32,000 bases of DNA from Cryptosporangium sp. NPDC051539 (GCF_044454545.1 NZ_JBITDV010000002.1:723140-755139); one strand, 5' to 3'. Shown: positions 1 to 9,713, counted from the stretch's first letter. The notes: generated by a model from the sequence alone, not told the origin. Numbers and translations are program-made.

Positions 1-2
1 TG

Positions 3-1052
3 AAGAACCGCGCCGCGCTGTCCAAGACGACGTCCGGCACCGGGCCGTTCACGCTGGTCGAGGTGGCACCCGGTGACCACTACACCTACCAGTTGCGCGA
101 CGGGTACACCTGGGGCCCGAACGGCGCGACGACCGCGACGAAGGGCATGCCCAAGACCGTCGTCGTCAAGATCGTGCAGAACGAGACGACCGCGGCGAAC
201 CTGCTGCTCTCCGGCGGCCTGAGCGCCTCGCAGATCCTCGGTCCCGACGCCGCCCGGCTGGAGAAGGCGGGCCTGTTCTCGGCCACCACCCCGGCACTGG
301 TCGGGGAGCAGTGGTACAACCACGCCAAGGGGCGGGTCACCGAGGACCCGAAGGTCCGGCTGGCGCTCACCCAGGCCCTCGACCTCCCGCAGCTGCAGAA
401 GGTGCTCACCTCGGGCAAGGGCACGGCGGCGACGACGCTGGCCGACAACGTGCCGATCGCCTGCCCCGGCGACTCGATCAAGTCGTCGTTGCCCGCCAGT
501 GACCCCAAGGCGGCCGGCGCCCTGCTCGACCAGGCCGGCTGGACGCGGGGCGCCGACGGACGCCGGACCAAGGCCGGCAAACCGCTGACGCTGACGATGC
601 TCTACCAGACCACCGGAAGCGGCAGCGACGCCGCGGCCGAGCTCACGGTCAAGCAGTGGAAAGCCGTCGGCGTCACCGCCACCGCGAAGGCCCAGAACGA
701 GACGACGCTGACCGGCACGCTCTTCGGCGCCGGAGACTGGGACGTGGCCTGGGTGCCGCTGCACGTCAACACCCCGGACCAGCTCGTGCCGTTCCTCTCC
801 GGCGCGGCCGCACCCAAGGGCACGAACTTCGCGGCGATCTCCGACCCCGTCTACGACCAGGCGGTCAAGGCCGCGATGGCGATCCCGGGCACCGACGGGT
901 GCAAGGCCTGGCTCGACGCCGAGTCCGGCCTGATCGCCCGGGCGTCGATCGTCCCGTTCGCCAGCACGAACTTCCGGACGTTCGGCAAGGCGGCGAAGTT
1001 CGAGACGCCGGGTGGCCTGGTCCCGACGAGCATCCGGATGCTGGCGAAATAG
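3..1052 (+). CDS. ABC transporter substrate-binding protein, family 5 (peptide/nickel type), 5'-truncated by the window edge
   Basis: Frame 3 is open from nt 3 to TAG 1050-1052. The translated C-terminal ~350 aa has the composition and length of a family-5 solute-binding protein. It lies directly upstream of DppB/C/D/F-type genes. Confidence 0.8.
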   Translation, partial: KNRAALSKTTSGTGPFTLVEVAPGDHYTYQLRDGYTWGPNGATTATKGMPKTVVVKIVQNETTAANLLLSGGLSASQILGPDAARLEKAGLFSATTPALVGEQWYNHAKGRVTEDPKVRLALTQALDLPQLQKVLTSGKGTAATTLADNVPIACPGDSIKSSLPASDPKAAGALLDQAGWTRGADGRRTKAGKPLTLTMLYQTTGSGSDAAAELTVKQWKAVGVTATAKAQNETTLTGTLFGAGDWDVAWVPLHVNTPDQLVPFLSGAAAPKGTNFAAISDPVYDQAVKAAMAIPGTDGCKAWLDAESGLIARASIVPFASTNFRTFGKAAKFETPGGLVPTSIRMLAK

Positions 1053-1053
1053 C

Positions 1054-2037
1054 GTGTCGGCTGCCCTGACCGTCCGCAACCTGCCCACGGTGAGCCCGTG
1101 GGTGGGTTTCGGCGTGCGTCGTTTCGGCCGGCTGCTGGTCTCGCTGTGGGTCCTGCTGACGGCGTCGTTCGCGATGATCCACCTGATCCCGGGCGACCCG
1201 GTCCGCGGCGCGCTCGGCCCCACCGCACCGGCGGAACTGGTCGAAGCGCGCCGGGAGGCCCTGGGGCTGAACGACCCGCTCGCCGTCCAGTACCTGCACT
1301 ACGTCAAGGGCCTGCTGACCGGCGACCTGGGCACGTCGCTGGCGTCCCGGCTGCCGGTCTCCGACGTGATCGCCCAGCGGCTGCCGGCGACGCTGACGCT
1401 GGCCGTGCTGGCGTTCCTCGCGGCCGTGCTGATCGCGATCCCGCTCGGCGTCACGATGGGGGTGCTGACCCGGCGCGGTCACGGATCCCGCACCGAGGTC
1501 GCGTTCACCACCAGCAGCACGGTCGTGGCGACGGTTCCGGACTTCCTGATCGGCGTCGCGCTGGTGTACGTGTTCGGGATCCTGCTCGGCTGGCTGCCGA
1601 TCGCCGGTAACGACACCGCGGCGGCGTACCTACTGCCGGTGTTGTCGCTGGCGATCGGACCGGCCGCGATCCTGGCCCGGATCGTCCGGGTCGAGATGAC
1701 GTCGGTCCTGGAGGCCGACTTCGTCCGCACGGCCCGGGCCAAGCGGCTGCCGGCCCGGTCGATCTACCTGCGCCACGCGCTGCCCAACGCGGTCACCGGC
1801 GCCCTGACCGTCGGCGGGCTCCTGCTCAGCGCGATGGTGGCCGGCACCGTGCTGGTCGAGAACGTGTTCGCCTGGCCCGGGCTCGGCAGCACGATCGTGA
1901 GCGCGATCCTGACCAAGGACTACCCGGTGGTGCAGGCGATCGTCCTCGTCTACGGCGTCGGGGTGCTGCTCACCAACCTCGTCGTGGACGTGTTCCTGGC
2001 GTTGCTCGATCCCCGCTCGACGATCCGGGAGGGCTGA
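1054..2037 (+). CDS. ABC peptide transporter permease (DppB/OppB-like)
   Basis: N-terminal RRFGRLLVSLWVLLTASFAMIHLIPGDP motif typical of DppB/OppB, then multiple hydrophobic segments. GTG 1054 lies 1 nt after the upstream stop. In-frame GTGs at 1090 and 1102 are equally possible starts. Confidence 0.85.
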   Translation: MSAALTVRNLPTVSPWVGFGVRRFGRLLVSLWVLLTASFAMIHLIPGDPVRGALGPTAPAELVEARREALGLNDPLAVQYLHYVKGLLTGDLGTSLASRLPVSDVIAQRLPATLTLAVLAFLAAVLIAIPLGVTMGVLTRRGHGSRTEVAFTTSSTVVATVPDFLIGVALVYVFGILLGWLPIAGNDTAAAYLLPVLSLAIGPAAILARIVRVEMTSVLEADFVRTARAKRLPARSIYLRHALPNAVTGALTVGGLLLSAMVAGTVLVENVFAWPGLGSTIVSAILTKDYPVVQAIVLVYGVGVLLTNLVVDVFLALLDPRSTIREG

Positions 2038-2040
2038 CGG

Positions 2041-3891
2041 ATGCGCTGGTTACGGGTCGTCCGGACCCCGCTGGGCCTGACCGCGACCGTGCTGATGGCT
2101 GTCGTCCTGGTGGCCGCCGCGCTCGGGCCGGTGGTGTGGGGCACGGGTGCCGACGCGGTCGACACCGACCGGATCCTGGCGGCGCCGTCGGGCGCGCACT
2201 GGGCCGGGACCGACAGCCTGGGCCGGGACATCCTGCTGCGGGTGCTGGTCGCGTCCCGGCTCTCGATCGTGCTCGCGCTGCTGGCCACCGTCCTCGCGGT
2301 CGGCGCCGGGCTGGTGCTGGGCGCGTTGCCGTTCCTGCTCGGCCGGCGGTCCGGCCGGATCGTCACGGCGGCGGTCAACATCGCGGTCGCTTTCCCCGGC
2401 ATCCTGCTGGCGTTGTTCTTCGCGGTCGTGTTCGGCGTCGGTGCGACCGGCGCGGTGCTCGCGATCGGACTCGCCGGTGCCCCGTCGTTCGCGCGCCTCA
2501 CCCAGACGCTGGTCGCCGAGGTCGCGGCGCGGGACTACGTCTCGGCCGCACGGACGGTGGGCCTCGGCCGGGGCCGGATCCTCGTCCGGCACGTGCTGCC
2601 GAACGTCGCCGAGCCGCTGGTCGTCAACGCGACGATCGGGGCCGGCGGTGCGCTGCTCTCGTTCGCCGGGCTGTCGTTTCTCGGCCTGGGCGTCCAGCCG
2701 CCCGCCTACGACTGGGGCCGGTTGCTCTACGACGGCATCGGCACGATCTACGTGAACGCGGCGGCGGCGCTCGCCCCCGGGGCCGCGGTGGTGCTGGCCG
2801 GACTCGCGTTCAACTTCTTCGGCGAATCCGTCGCCAAGGGCCTGGGCGTCACCGTCGACGTCGGACTCCGGCCGGTCGTGCGGGCCCGCGTCCGCACGGA
2901 AGGACGACCGGCCGAGCCGGACGCGGACGTCGTGCTCGACGTCCGGGACCTCGAGGTCACCCTGGCCGGTCCGGCCGGGCCGATCCGGCCGGTCCGGGGC
3001 ATCTCGTTCCAGGTCCGACGCGGTGAGGCCGTCGGCATCGTCGGGGAGTCCGGGTCCGGGAAGTCGATGACGGCACTGGCCGTCACCCGCCTGATCGCCG
3101 ACCACGGCCAGGTGGACGCCACCCGGCTCACGCTGCTCGACCAGGACCTGCTCGCGCCGGACACCGCGGCCCGGCGCCGGACGCTGGGCACCCGGGTGGC
3201 GATGGTCTTCCAGGACCCGATGACCGCGTTCAACCCCACCAGGCGGATCGGTGCCCAGCTCGCGGAAGCGGCGACCCACCACCAGAAACTCAGCCGGAGG
3301 GAGGCGATGGCCCGGGCGGCGGACCGGCTGGACGCGGTCCGGATCCCGGACGCCCGGACCCGCGTGCGCCAGTACCCGCACGAGTTCTCCGGCGGCATGC
3401 GTCAGCGGGCGATGATCGGCATGGGGCTGATGAACACCCCGGCCCTGATCGTGGCCGACGAGCCGACCACGGCCCTCGACGTGACCGTGCAGCGGCAGGT
3501 GCTCGAACTGCTCGCGACGATCCGGCGCAGCGACCGCGCCGCGCTGGTGCTGATCAGCCACGACGTCGCGGTGATCGGGGACGTGTGCGATCGCGTGCTG
3601 GTGATGTACGCGGGCCGGATCGTCGAGGAGCTGCCGGCCGACGCCAAGCCCCTGCACCCGTACACGCGGGCGCTGATGGACGCGGTGCCCGACATGGCGA
3701 CCGACCTCGACCGTCCGCTCGCGACGATCCCCGGCCGTCCGGTCGACCCGGCCGACGTGCCACCCGGCTGTGCCTACGCCGAGCGGTGCCCGCTCGCCGA
3801 CGACCACTGCCGGGCCGAGGATCCACCCCTGGCCGCCGATTCGCCGGAGCACCGGGTCGCGTGCTGGCACGCGGGTGAGGAGCCCCGATGA
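2041..3891 (+). CDS. Fused ABC peptide transporter permease (DppC-like, N-terminal ~290 aa) and ATP-binding subunit (DppD-like, C-terminal)
   Basis: The N-terminus carries a HWAGTDSLGRDIL motif of DppC/OppC. After residue ~300 come Walker A GESGSGKS, signature FSGGMRQR, Walker B LIVADEPT, and the oligopeptide-transporter C-terminal Cys-containing tail. It is one uninterrupted 616-aa ORF. Confidence 0.9.
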   Translation: MRWLRVVRTPLGLTATVLMAVVLVAAALGPVVWGTGADAVDTDRILAAPSGAHWAGTDSLGRDILLRVLVASRLSIVLALLATVLAVGAGLVLGALPFLLGRRSGRIVTAAVNIAVAFPGILLALFFAVVFGVGATGAVLAIGLAGAPSFARLTQTLVAEVAARDYVSAARTVGLGRGRILVRHVLPNVAEPLVVNATIGAGGALLSFAGLSFLGLGVQPPAYDWGRLLYDGIGTIYVNAAAALAPGAAVVLAGLAFNFFGESVAKGLGVTVDVGLRPVVRARVRTEGRPAEPDADVVLDVRDLEVTLAGPAGPIRPVRGISFQVRRGEAVGIVGESGSGKSMTALAVTRLIADHGQVDATRLTLLDQDLLAPDTAARRRTLGTRVAMVFQDPMTAFNPTRRIGAQLAEAATHHQKLSRREAMARAADRLDAVRIPDARTRVRQYPHEFSGGMRQRAMIGMGLMNTPALIVADEPTTALDVTVQRQVLELLATIRRSDRAALVLISHDVAVIGDVCDRVLVMYAGRIVEELPADAKPLHPYTRALMDAVPDMATDLDRPLATIPGRPVDPADVPPGCAYAERCPLADDHCRAEDPPLAADSPEHRVACWHAGEEPR

Positions 3892-4634
3892 GCGAGCTGA
3901 AGTTCGAGCACGTCACGGTCCGCTACGGGCGCGCCACCGCGGTGGACGACGTCAGCCTGACGGTGCCGGACGGCGCCGTGATCGGGCTCGTCGGGGAGTC
4001 CGGCTCGGGAAAGTCCACGCTGGCCCGCGCCGCCGTCGGTCTGGCTCCGCCGGTCGGCGGCCGGATCACGCTCGACGGCGCGCCGGTGCCGACCCGGGGG
4101 CGCCCCCGTCCACTGCAGATGGTGTTCCAGGACCCGTACTCCTCGCTCGACCCGCGGATGACGGTCGGCGCGACCATCGCCGAGGCGATGCCTCCGGGGC
4201 GGGCCCGGTCCGAGCGGCGGGCCGGCGTCACCCGCCTGCTCGAACAGGTCCACCTGGACCCCGGTACCGCCGGCACGCTCCCGTCCCGGCTCTCCGGCGG
4301 TCAGCGGCAGCGCGTCGCGCTGGCCCGCGCGCTGGCGGCCGACCCGAGCGTGATCATCGCCGACGAGATCACCTCCGCCCTGGACGTCTCGGTCCAGGGC
4401 GCGGTGCTCAACCTCGTCCGCGAACTCCAGCGCGAGCTGGGGCTGTCGATGCTGTTCATCTCCCACAACCTCGCCGTCGTCCGTTACGTCGCCTCGCACG
4501 TGGCGGTGATGCGACGCGGGCGGCTCGTCGAGCACGGGCCCACGTCGCAGGTGCTGGCCGAGCCCGCACACGAGTACACCCGCGAGTTGCTCGCCGCCGT
4601 ACCCGGCCGAGCGCCCCGAAGGAGTAAGCCATGA
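3888..4634 (+). CDS. ABC peptide transporter ATP-binding protein (DppF-like)
   Basis: Walker A GESGSGKST, signature LSGGQRQR, Walker B IIADEITS. ATGA start/stop overlap with the upstream gene. Confidence 0.9.
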   Translation: MSELKFEHVTVRYGRATAVDDVSLTVPDGAVIGLVGESGSGKSTLARAAVGLAPPVGGRITLDGAPVPTRGRPRPLQMVFQDPYSSLDPRMTVGATIAEAMPPGRARSERRAGVTRLLEQVHLDPGTAGTLPSRLSGGQRQRVALARALAADPSVIIADEITSALDVSVQGAVLNLVRELQRELGLSMLFISHNLAVVRYVASHVAVMRRGRLVEHGPTSQVLAEPAHEYTRELLAAVPGRAPRRSKP

Positions 4635-7600
4635 ACCTCGCCGACGTGGTGGTTCCGTCGCAGCCCGCGCTGTCGGCGGACGGGAGCCGGATCGTCTACG
4701 TGCTGCGGACCATCGACACCGGTCACGACCGGAACGTCGATCAGCTGTGGCTGGCCGGCGCCGACGGGGGCACGCTGCGGCGGCTCACCCACGGCGTCAC
4801 CGACGCCGCCCCGGCCTGGTCTCCCGACGGCACCCGGATCGCGTTCCTCCGCGACGGTCAGGTCGCGATTCTCGACGTCGAGGGTGGCGAACCCGAGGCG
4901 GTCACCGACCTGCCGCTGGGCGCCGGCGCGCCGCGCTGGAGCCCGGACGGCTCGCGGCTCGCGTTCACCGCTCCGGTCGACCCGTCCGGCGGCGGCCGGG
5001 GTCCGATGGTCTCCGACGGCCTCGACTACCAGGCCGACGGCGCCGGCCTGTACGGCCCGGTCCGGCGGCAGGCCTTCGTTCTCGATCCGGACGCCCGGCC
5101 GGCGCGGCAGGTCACCGACGGTCCGTACGACGTCGGGGCGGTGGCCTGGTCGCCGGACGGCACGACGCTGGCGTTCACCCGGAAGGACGGTGCCGACAGC
5201 GACCTGAGCCACCGCACACCGGTGTTCCTGCTGGACATCGACGACCCGCACGCGCGTCCCCGGGCCGTGGCGTTCACCGGCGGGGTGGCGGCCACGGTGG
5301 GCTGGGTGACCGACGGCTCGGCGCTGCTCGTCGTCGGCTGGGCCGGTGACCCGACCGGACATGCCCGCCTGTATCGCGTCCGCACGGGGGACGGCGAGGT
5401 CACCGACCTCACCGGGTCGCTGGACCGCAACGTGATGCCGGGTGGGCCGGCGTACCCCGGCGGTCTGCCGGTCGAGGCCGGCGGCCGGGTGTACTTCTGC
5501 CTGCGCGAGCACGGATGCAGCCATCTGTGGTCGGTCGCGATCGACGGCGGGGACGCCCGGCCGGTCGTCGGCGGGCCGGGGCGCGTGGTGTCCGGGCTGT
5601 CGGTCGGCGGCGGGCGGGCCGCGATCACGGTGGCCACCGGGACGTCGTTCGGCGAGGTCGCGATCGTGGACCTGGCCGTCGGTACTACCGGCACGGTGGA
5701 CACGCTGACCGTGCTGACCGGGCACGGAGCCCCGGAGCTGCACGCCCGCGAGGAGCGGTGGTTCACGATCTCCGACGGCACCCGGGTGCAGGCCTGGCTC
5801 CTGCGCGACCCGGCGCGGAGCGGGCCGCGGCCGCTGCTGCTCGACATCCACGGCGGTCCGCACAACGCCTGGAACGCGGCCGCGGACGAGATGCACCTCT
5901 ACCACCAGGAGCTGGTCGACCGCGGCTGGGTCGTGCTGCTGGTCAACCCGCGCGGCAGCGACGGCTACGGCGAGGCGTTCTACGACGGCGCCCACGGCCG
6001 GTGGGGCGTCGCGGACGCGGCCGACTTCCTCGAGCCGCTCGACGAACTCGTCGCCGAGGGGCTCGCCGACCCGGACCGGCTCGCGGTCTCGGGCTACAGC
6101 TACGGCGGGTTCATGACCTGCTGGCTGACCGGCCACGACGACCGGTTCGCGGCAGCGGTGGCCGGCGGGACGGTGAGCGACCTGGTGAGCATCAGCGGCT
6201 CCAGCGACGACGCCCACTTCCTCAGTGCGTTCGAGCTCGGCGGCCTGCTCTGGGAGAAGCCGGCCGAGTACGCGGCGATGTCACCGCTGACCCACGTGGC
6301 CGACGTCCGCACGCCGACGCTGGTGCTGCACGGCGCCGAGGACCGGACCTGCCCGGTCGGCCAGGCCCAGCAGTGGCACACCGCGCTGCGGCAGCTGGGC
6401 GTGCCGACCCGGCTGGTCGTGTATCCGGAGGCCTCGCACGCGTTCATCCTGCTCGGGCCACCGTCGCAGCGGATCGATTACAACCGGCGGGTCGTCGACT
6501 GGCTCGAAGAGCACACCGGCCGGGCACGGATCGACGCGTCGCACTGGCAGGAGCGGCTGACCTCGCTGGCCGTCCGGCACAAGGTGCCGGGCGCGCAGCT
6601 CGGCCTCCTGCGGGCCGACGAACTGGTCGAGCTGGCCCACGGGGTGCTGCACACCGGGACCGGAGCGCCGGTCCGTACCGACTCGCTGTTCCAGATCGGC
6701 TCGATCACGAAGGTCTGGACCGCCACCGTCGCGATGATCCTGGTCGACGAGGGGCTGCTCACGCTCGACACCCCGGTCGCCGAGGTGCTGCCGGAGCTGC
6801 GGCTCGCCGACCCGGACGTGACCAAGGCGGTCACCGTGCGGCACCTGCTCACCCACACCAGCGGCATCGACGGCGACGTGTTCACCGACACCGGCCGTGG
6901 TGACGACTGCGTCGAGAAGTACGTCGAGGCCCTCGGCGAGGTCGGTCAGAACCATCCGCTGGGCGTCACGTTCTCGTACTGCAACGCCGGTTACACGCTG
7001 CTGGGCCGGGTGATCGAGAAGATCACCGGTCAGACGTGGGACCAGGCGTTGCGCTCACGCCTGTTCACGCCGCTCGGGCTCGCGAGCACCGGGACGCTGC
7101 CGGAGGAGGCGCTGCTCCACTCGACCGCGGTCGGTCACCAGGACGGCGAGCCGGTCGGGACCTGGATGCTGCCGCGCGCGCTCGGACCCGCGGGGCTGAT
7201 CAACTCCACGGCCGCCGACGTGCTGGCCTTCGCCCGGGCGCACCTGACCGGCGGGCTGCTGACCGCACAGAGCGCGGCCGCGATGGCGGCGTTCCAGGCC
7301 GACCTGCCCGACAAGCAGGTGCTCGGTGACTCGTGGGGCCTCGGCTGGATCCGGTTCGACTGGGACTCCCACCGCCTGATCGGCCACGACGGCACCACGC
7401 TGGGTCAGGCCGCGTTCCTGCGGATCCTGCCCGAGCAGGGGCTGGCCGTCGTCCTGCTCACCAACGGCGGGAACGCCCGTGACCTCTACGAGGACCTGTT
7501 CCGGGAGATCTTCGCCGAGGTCGCCGGGGTGACGGTGCCGCGTCCGTTCGCACCGCCGCCGGAGCCGTACGACGGGGACGTGACGCCGTTCGCCGGTACC

Positions 7601-7849
7601 TACGAGCGGGCCGGCGTCCGGATGGAGGTGGCGAGCAACCCGCCCCGGCTGCGCACGACGATCACCGGGCCGCTCGCCGAGCTGGAGCCGGACACGGTGC
7701 ACGAGTACGCGATGGTGCCGGCCGGGCCGGCGGTCTTCGCGGTGAAACCGCCGGAGGCGGAGAACTGGATCCCGGTGACGTTCTACGCGCTCCCGACCGG
7801 CGAGCCGTACCTGCACTTCGGGGTTCGAGCCACACCGAAGGTGGGCTGA
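4631..7849 (+). CDS. Bifunctional fusion of an S9 (prolyl oligopeptidase/acylaminoacyl-peptidase type) serine peptidase and an S12 beta-lactamase-fold serine hydrolase (D-aminopeptidase/DD-peptidase-like)
   Basis: Residues 1-~630: repeated WSPDG beta-propeller motifs, then an alpha/beta hydrolase with GYSYGG (Ser codon 6098-6100), HGAEDRTCP and EASHAF. Residues ~640-1072: SITK (SxxK, nt 6701-6712), YCNAGY (YxN), HDGTTLG, and a C-terminal beta-barrel-like tail. There is no stop between the halves. ATGA overlap at 4631 with GGAG at 4621. Confidence 0.85.
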   Translation: MNLADVVVPSQPALSADGSRIVYVLRTIDTGHDRNVDQLWLAGADGGTLRRLTHGVTDAAPAWSPDGTRIAFLRDGQVAILDVEGGEPEAVTDLPLGAGAPRWSPDGSRLAFTAPVDPSGGGRGPMVSDGLDYQADGAGLYGPVRRQAFVLDPDARPARQVTDGPYDVGAVAWSPDGTTLAFTRKDGADSDLSHRTPVFLLDIDDPHARPRAVAFTGGVAATVGWVTDGSALLVVGWAGDPTGHARLYRVRTGDGEVTDLTGSLDRNVMPGGPAYPGGLPVEAGGRVYFCLREHGCSHLWSVAIDGGDARPVVGGPGRVVSGLSVGGGRAAITVATGTSFGEVAIVDLAVGTTGTVDTLTVLTGHGAPELHAREERWFTISDGTRVQAWLLRDPARSGPRPLLLDIHGGPHNAWNAAADEMHLYHQELVDRGWVVLLVNPRGSDGYGEAFYDGAHGRWGVADAADFLEPLDELVAEGLADPDRLAVSGYSYGGFMTCWLTGHDDRFAAAVAGGTVSDLVSISGSSDDAHFLSAFELGGLLWEKPAEYAAMSPLTHVADVRTPTLVLHGAEDRTCPVGQAQQWHTALRQLGVPTRLVVYPEASHAFILLGPPSQRIDYNRRVVDWLEEHTGRARIDASHWQERLTSLAVRHKVPGAQLGLLRADELVELAHGVLHTGTGAPVRTDSLFQIGSITKVWTATVAMILVDEGLLTLDTPVAEVLPELRLADPDVTKAVTVRHLLTHTSGIDGDVFTDTGRGDDCVEKYVEALGEVGQNHPLGVTFSYCNAGYTLLGRVIEKITGQTWDQALRSRLFTPLGLASTGTLPEEALLHSTAVGHQDGEPVGTWMLPRALGPAGLINSTAADVLAFARAHLTGGLLTAQSAAAMAAFQADLPDKQVLGDSWGLGWIRFDWDSHRLIGHDGTTLGQAAFLRILPEQGLAVVLLTNGGNARDLYEDLFREIFAEVAGVTVPRPFAPPPEPYDGDVTPFAGTYERAGVRMEVASNPPRLRTTITGPLAELEPDTVHEYAMVPAGPAVFAVKPPEAENWIPVTFYALPTGEPYLHFGVRATPKVG

Positions 7850-8928
7850 TGACCGACCTGCGGGACATGCTCGCGGACGCGCGGGCGCTGATCGAGTGCG
7901 AGTCGCCCTCCGGCGACCGGGCCGCGGTCGCCCGGTCGGCCGAGGTCGTCGCCGAGGTCGGTACCGGCATCCTGGGCGTCGCCCCGGAGCGGATCGACGG
8001 GGTCCATCTGCGGTGGCGGCTCGGCCCGGGCCCGTCGCGGGTGCTGCTGCTCGGTCACCACGACACGGTCTGGCCGCTCGGGACGCTCGACGACCGGCCG
8101 TACGCGGTGGACGGCGGGATCCTGCGTGGCCCGGGCTGTTTCGACATGAAGGTCGGGCTGGTGATGGCGTTGCACGCGGCTGCCGGGCTGGACGGCGTCA
8201 CGCTGCTGGTCACCGGCGACGAGGAGCTCGGGTCGCCGGGCTCGCGCGAGCTGATCGAGCGGGAGGCCAGGGCGGCGGAGGCGGCGCTGGTGCTGGAGGC
8301 GTCCGCCGACGGTGGCGCGCTGAAGTGCGAGCGGAAGGGCACCTCGCTCTACGACGTGCGGGTGATCGGCCGGGCCGCGCACGCCGGGCTGGAGCCCGAG
8401 CGCGGAGTGAACGCGACGATCGAGCTCGCCCGCCAGGTGCTGGCGGTCAGCGCGCTGGGCGGCGCGGGGACCACGGTGACGCCGACTGTGGCGCGGGCAG
8501 GCGTCACGACGAACACCGTGCCGGCCGAGGGATCGTTCGCGGTGGACGTCCGGGTGGAGACCCGGGCGGAACAGGAGCGGGTCGACCGGGCCATGCGCGC
8601 GCTGGGCGCGGTCGACCCGGGTGCGCGCGTCGAGGTGACCGGAGGTCGGAACCGGCCGCCGCTCGACGCGTCGGCGTCGGACTCGCTCTATGCTCTGGCC
8701 TGCCGGATCGCCGTCGGGCAGGGGCTGGCCGAGCCGGGGCGCGCCGCGGTCGGTGGCGCGTCCGACGGGAACTTCACCGCCGGGGTCGGCACGCCGACGC
8801 TCGACGGTCTCGGCGCGGTCGGTGGTGGCGCGCACGCGGCCGACGAGCACGTCGTGGTGGAGCACATCGGGCCACGGACCGCGCTGCTGCGCGCGCTGGT
8901 CTCGCACCTGGGGGCGGGGGGCTCGTGA
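7849..8928 (+). CDS. M20 family metallohydrolase (carboxypeptidase G2 / N-acyl-amino-acid deacylase-like)
   Basis: HHDTV, CFDMKVG and TGDEELGS metal-ligand/catalytic motifs, and a dimerisation-domain-sized insert. The ATG overlaps the upstream TGA by 1 nt (TGATG, 7847-7851). Confidence 0.85.
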   Translation: MTDLRDMLADARALIECESPSGDRAAVARSAEVVAEVGTGILGVAPERIDGVHLRWRLGPGPSRVLLLGHHDTVWPLGTLDDRPYAVDGGILRGPGCFDMKVGLVMALHAAAGLDGVTLLVTGDEELGSPGSRELIEREARAAEAALVLEASADGGALKCERKGTSLYDVRVIGRAAHAGLEPERGVNATIELARQVLAVSALGGAGTTVTPTVARAGVTTNTVPAEGSFAVDVRVETRAEQERVDRAMRALGAVDPGARVEVTGGRNRPPLDASASDSLYALACRIAVGQGLAEPGRAAVGGASDGNFTAGVGTPTLDGLGAVGGGAHAADEHVVVEHIGPRTALLRALVSHLGAGGS

Positions 8929-9713
8929 TCGGCGTCGACAACGCGGCGGAAGCCGCGGCGCTGAAGGCCGGAGTCGTCGTGCGTGAGTTGACCGACATGG
9001 ACCGGATCACCCGCGCGGTGGCGCTGCTCGCGGACATCTGGGGACGCTCGTCGAACCCGCCGGTGACCGCGGAGCTGCTGCGTGCCTTCTCGAAGGCGGG
9101 CAACTACGTGGCCGGTGCGTTCGAGGGAGAGCGGCTGGTCGGTGCGTGCGTGGCGTTCTTCCACGAGCCGGCGGGCAGCGCGCTGCACAGCCACATCGCC
9201 GGAGTGGCCGCCGACGCCGCCGGGCGCGGTGTCGGCTTCGCGCTGAAGTTGCACCAGCGGGCGTGGGCGCTGCAGCGCGACGTCGCCGACATCGTCTGGA
9301 CGTTCGACCCGCTGGTGGCCCGCAACGCCTACTTCAACCTGGGGAAGCTGGGGGCGCGGCCGGCCGAGTACCTGCCGAACTTCTACGGGCCGATGTCGGA
9401 CGCGTTCAACGGGAACGAGGAATCCGATCGGTTGCTGGTGCGGTGGAGGCTCCGGGAGTACGGGAACTCCACCGGCCCGGTGGCGGCCGGTGCGGTTCCG
9501 GTGCTGAGCGTCGGCGCCGACGCCGGTCCGGTGGCCGGCCGGCCCGAGGGCCCGATCGGCCTGGTCGCCGTGCCCCGGGACATCGGCGCGATGCGGGCGA
9601 GCGACCCCGCGCTGGCCCAGCGGTGGCGGGTCGCCGTGCGGGAGGCCCTCACCGGGGTCAGCATCGAAGGCTTCGACCCGTCCGGTTACTACGTGGTACG
9701 GAGGGAATCGTGA
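8925..9713 (+). CDS. GNAT-superfamily acyltransferase (COG3375-like), candidate amino-acid N-succinyl/acetyl-transferase
   Basis: Only the last 263 codons of the 605-aa ORF look protein-like. They include an HIAGVAADAAGRGVGFALKLHQRAW acyl-CoA-binding-type motif. GTG 8925 forms a GTGA overlap with the M20 stop. Confidence 0.65.
   Translation: MIGVDNAAEAAALKAGVVVRELTDMDRITRAVALLADIWGRSSNPPVTAELLRAFSKAGNYVAGAFEGERLVGACVAFFHEPAGSALHSHIAGVAADAAGRGVGFALKLHQRAWALQRDVADIVWTFDPLVARNAYFNLGKLGARPAEYLPNFYGPMSDAFNGNEESDRLLVRWRLREYGNSTGPVAAGAVPVLSVGADAGPVAGRPEGPIGLVAVPRDIGAMRASDPALAQRWRVAVREALTGVSIEGFDPSGYYVVRRES

Noticed and set aside
2050-3870. 606-aa ORF on the minus strand, antisense to the fused permease/ATPase gene
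   Set aside because: It is an Arg/Gly/Pro/Asp-rich low-complexity translation with no recognisable motif. It mirrors a gene with clear Walker and signature motifs. This is the typical shadow ORF of high-GC DNA, where stop codons are rare in all frames.
4484-6217. 577-aa minus-strand ORF antisense to the S9 peptidase region (and a similar 374-aa ORF at 7783-8907 antisense to the M20 gene)
   Set aside because: These are low-complexity shadow ORFs opposite frames that carry intact catalytic motifs.
7896-8924. N-terminal 343 codons of the 605-aa ORF 7896-9713
   Set aside because: This part overlaps the M20 gene in another frame and is Arg/Gly/Ala low-complexity. Only the part from GTG 8925 onward (GTGA coupling) looks like a GNAT protein.
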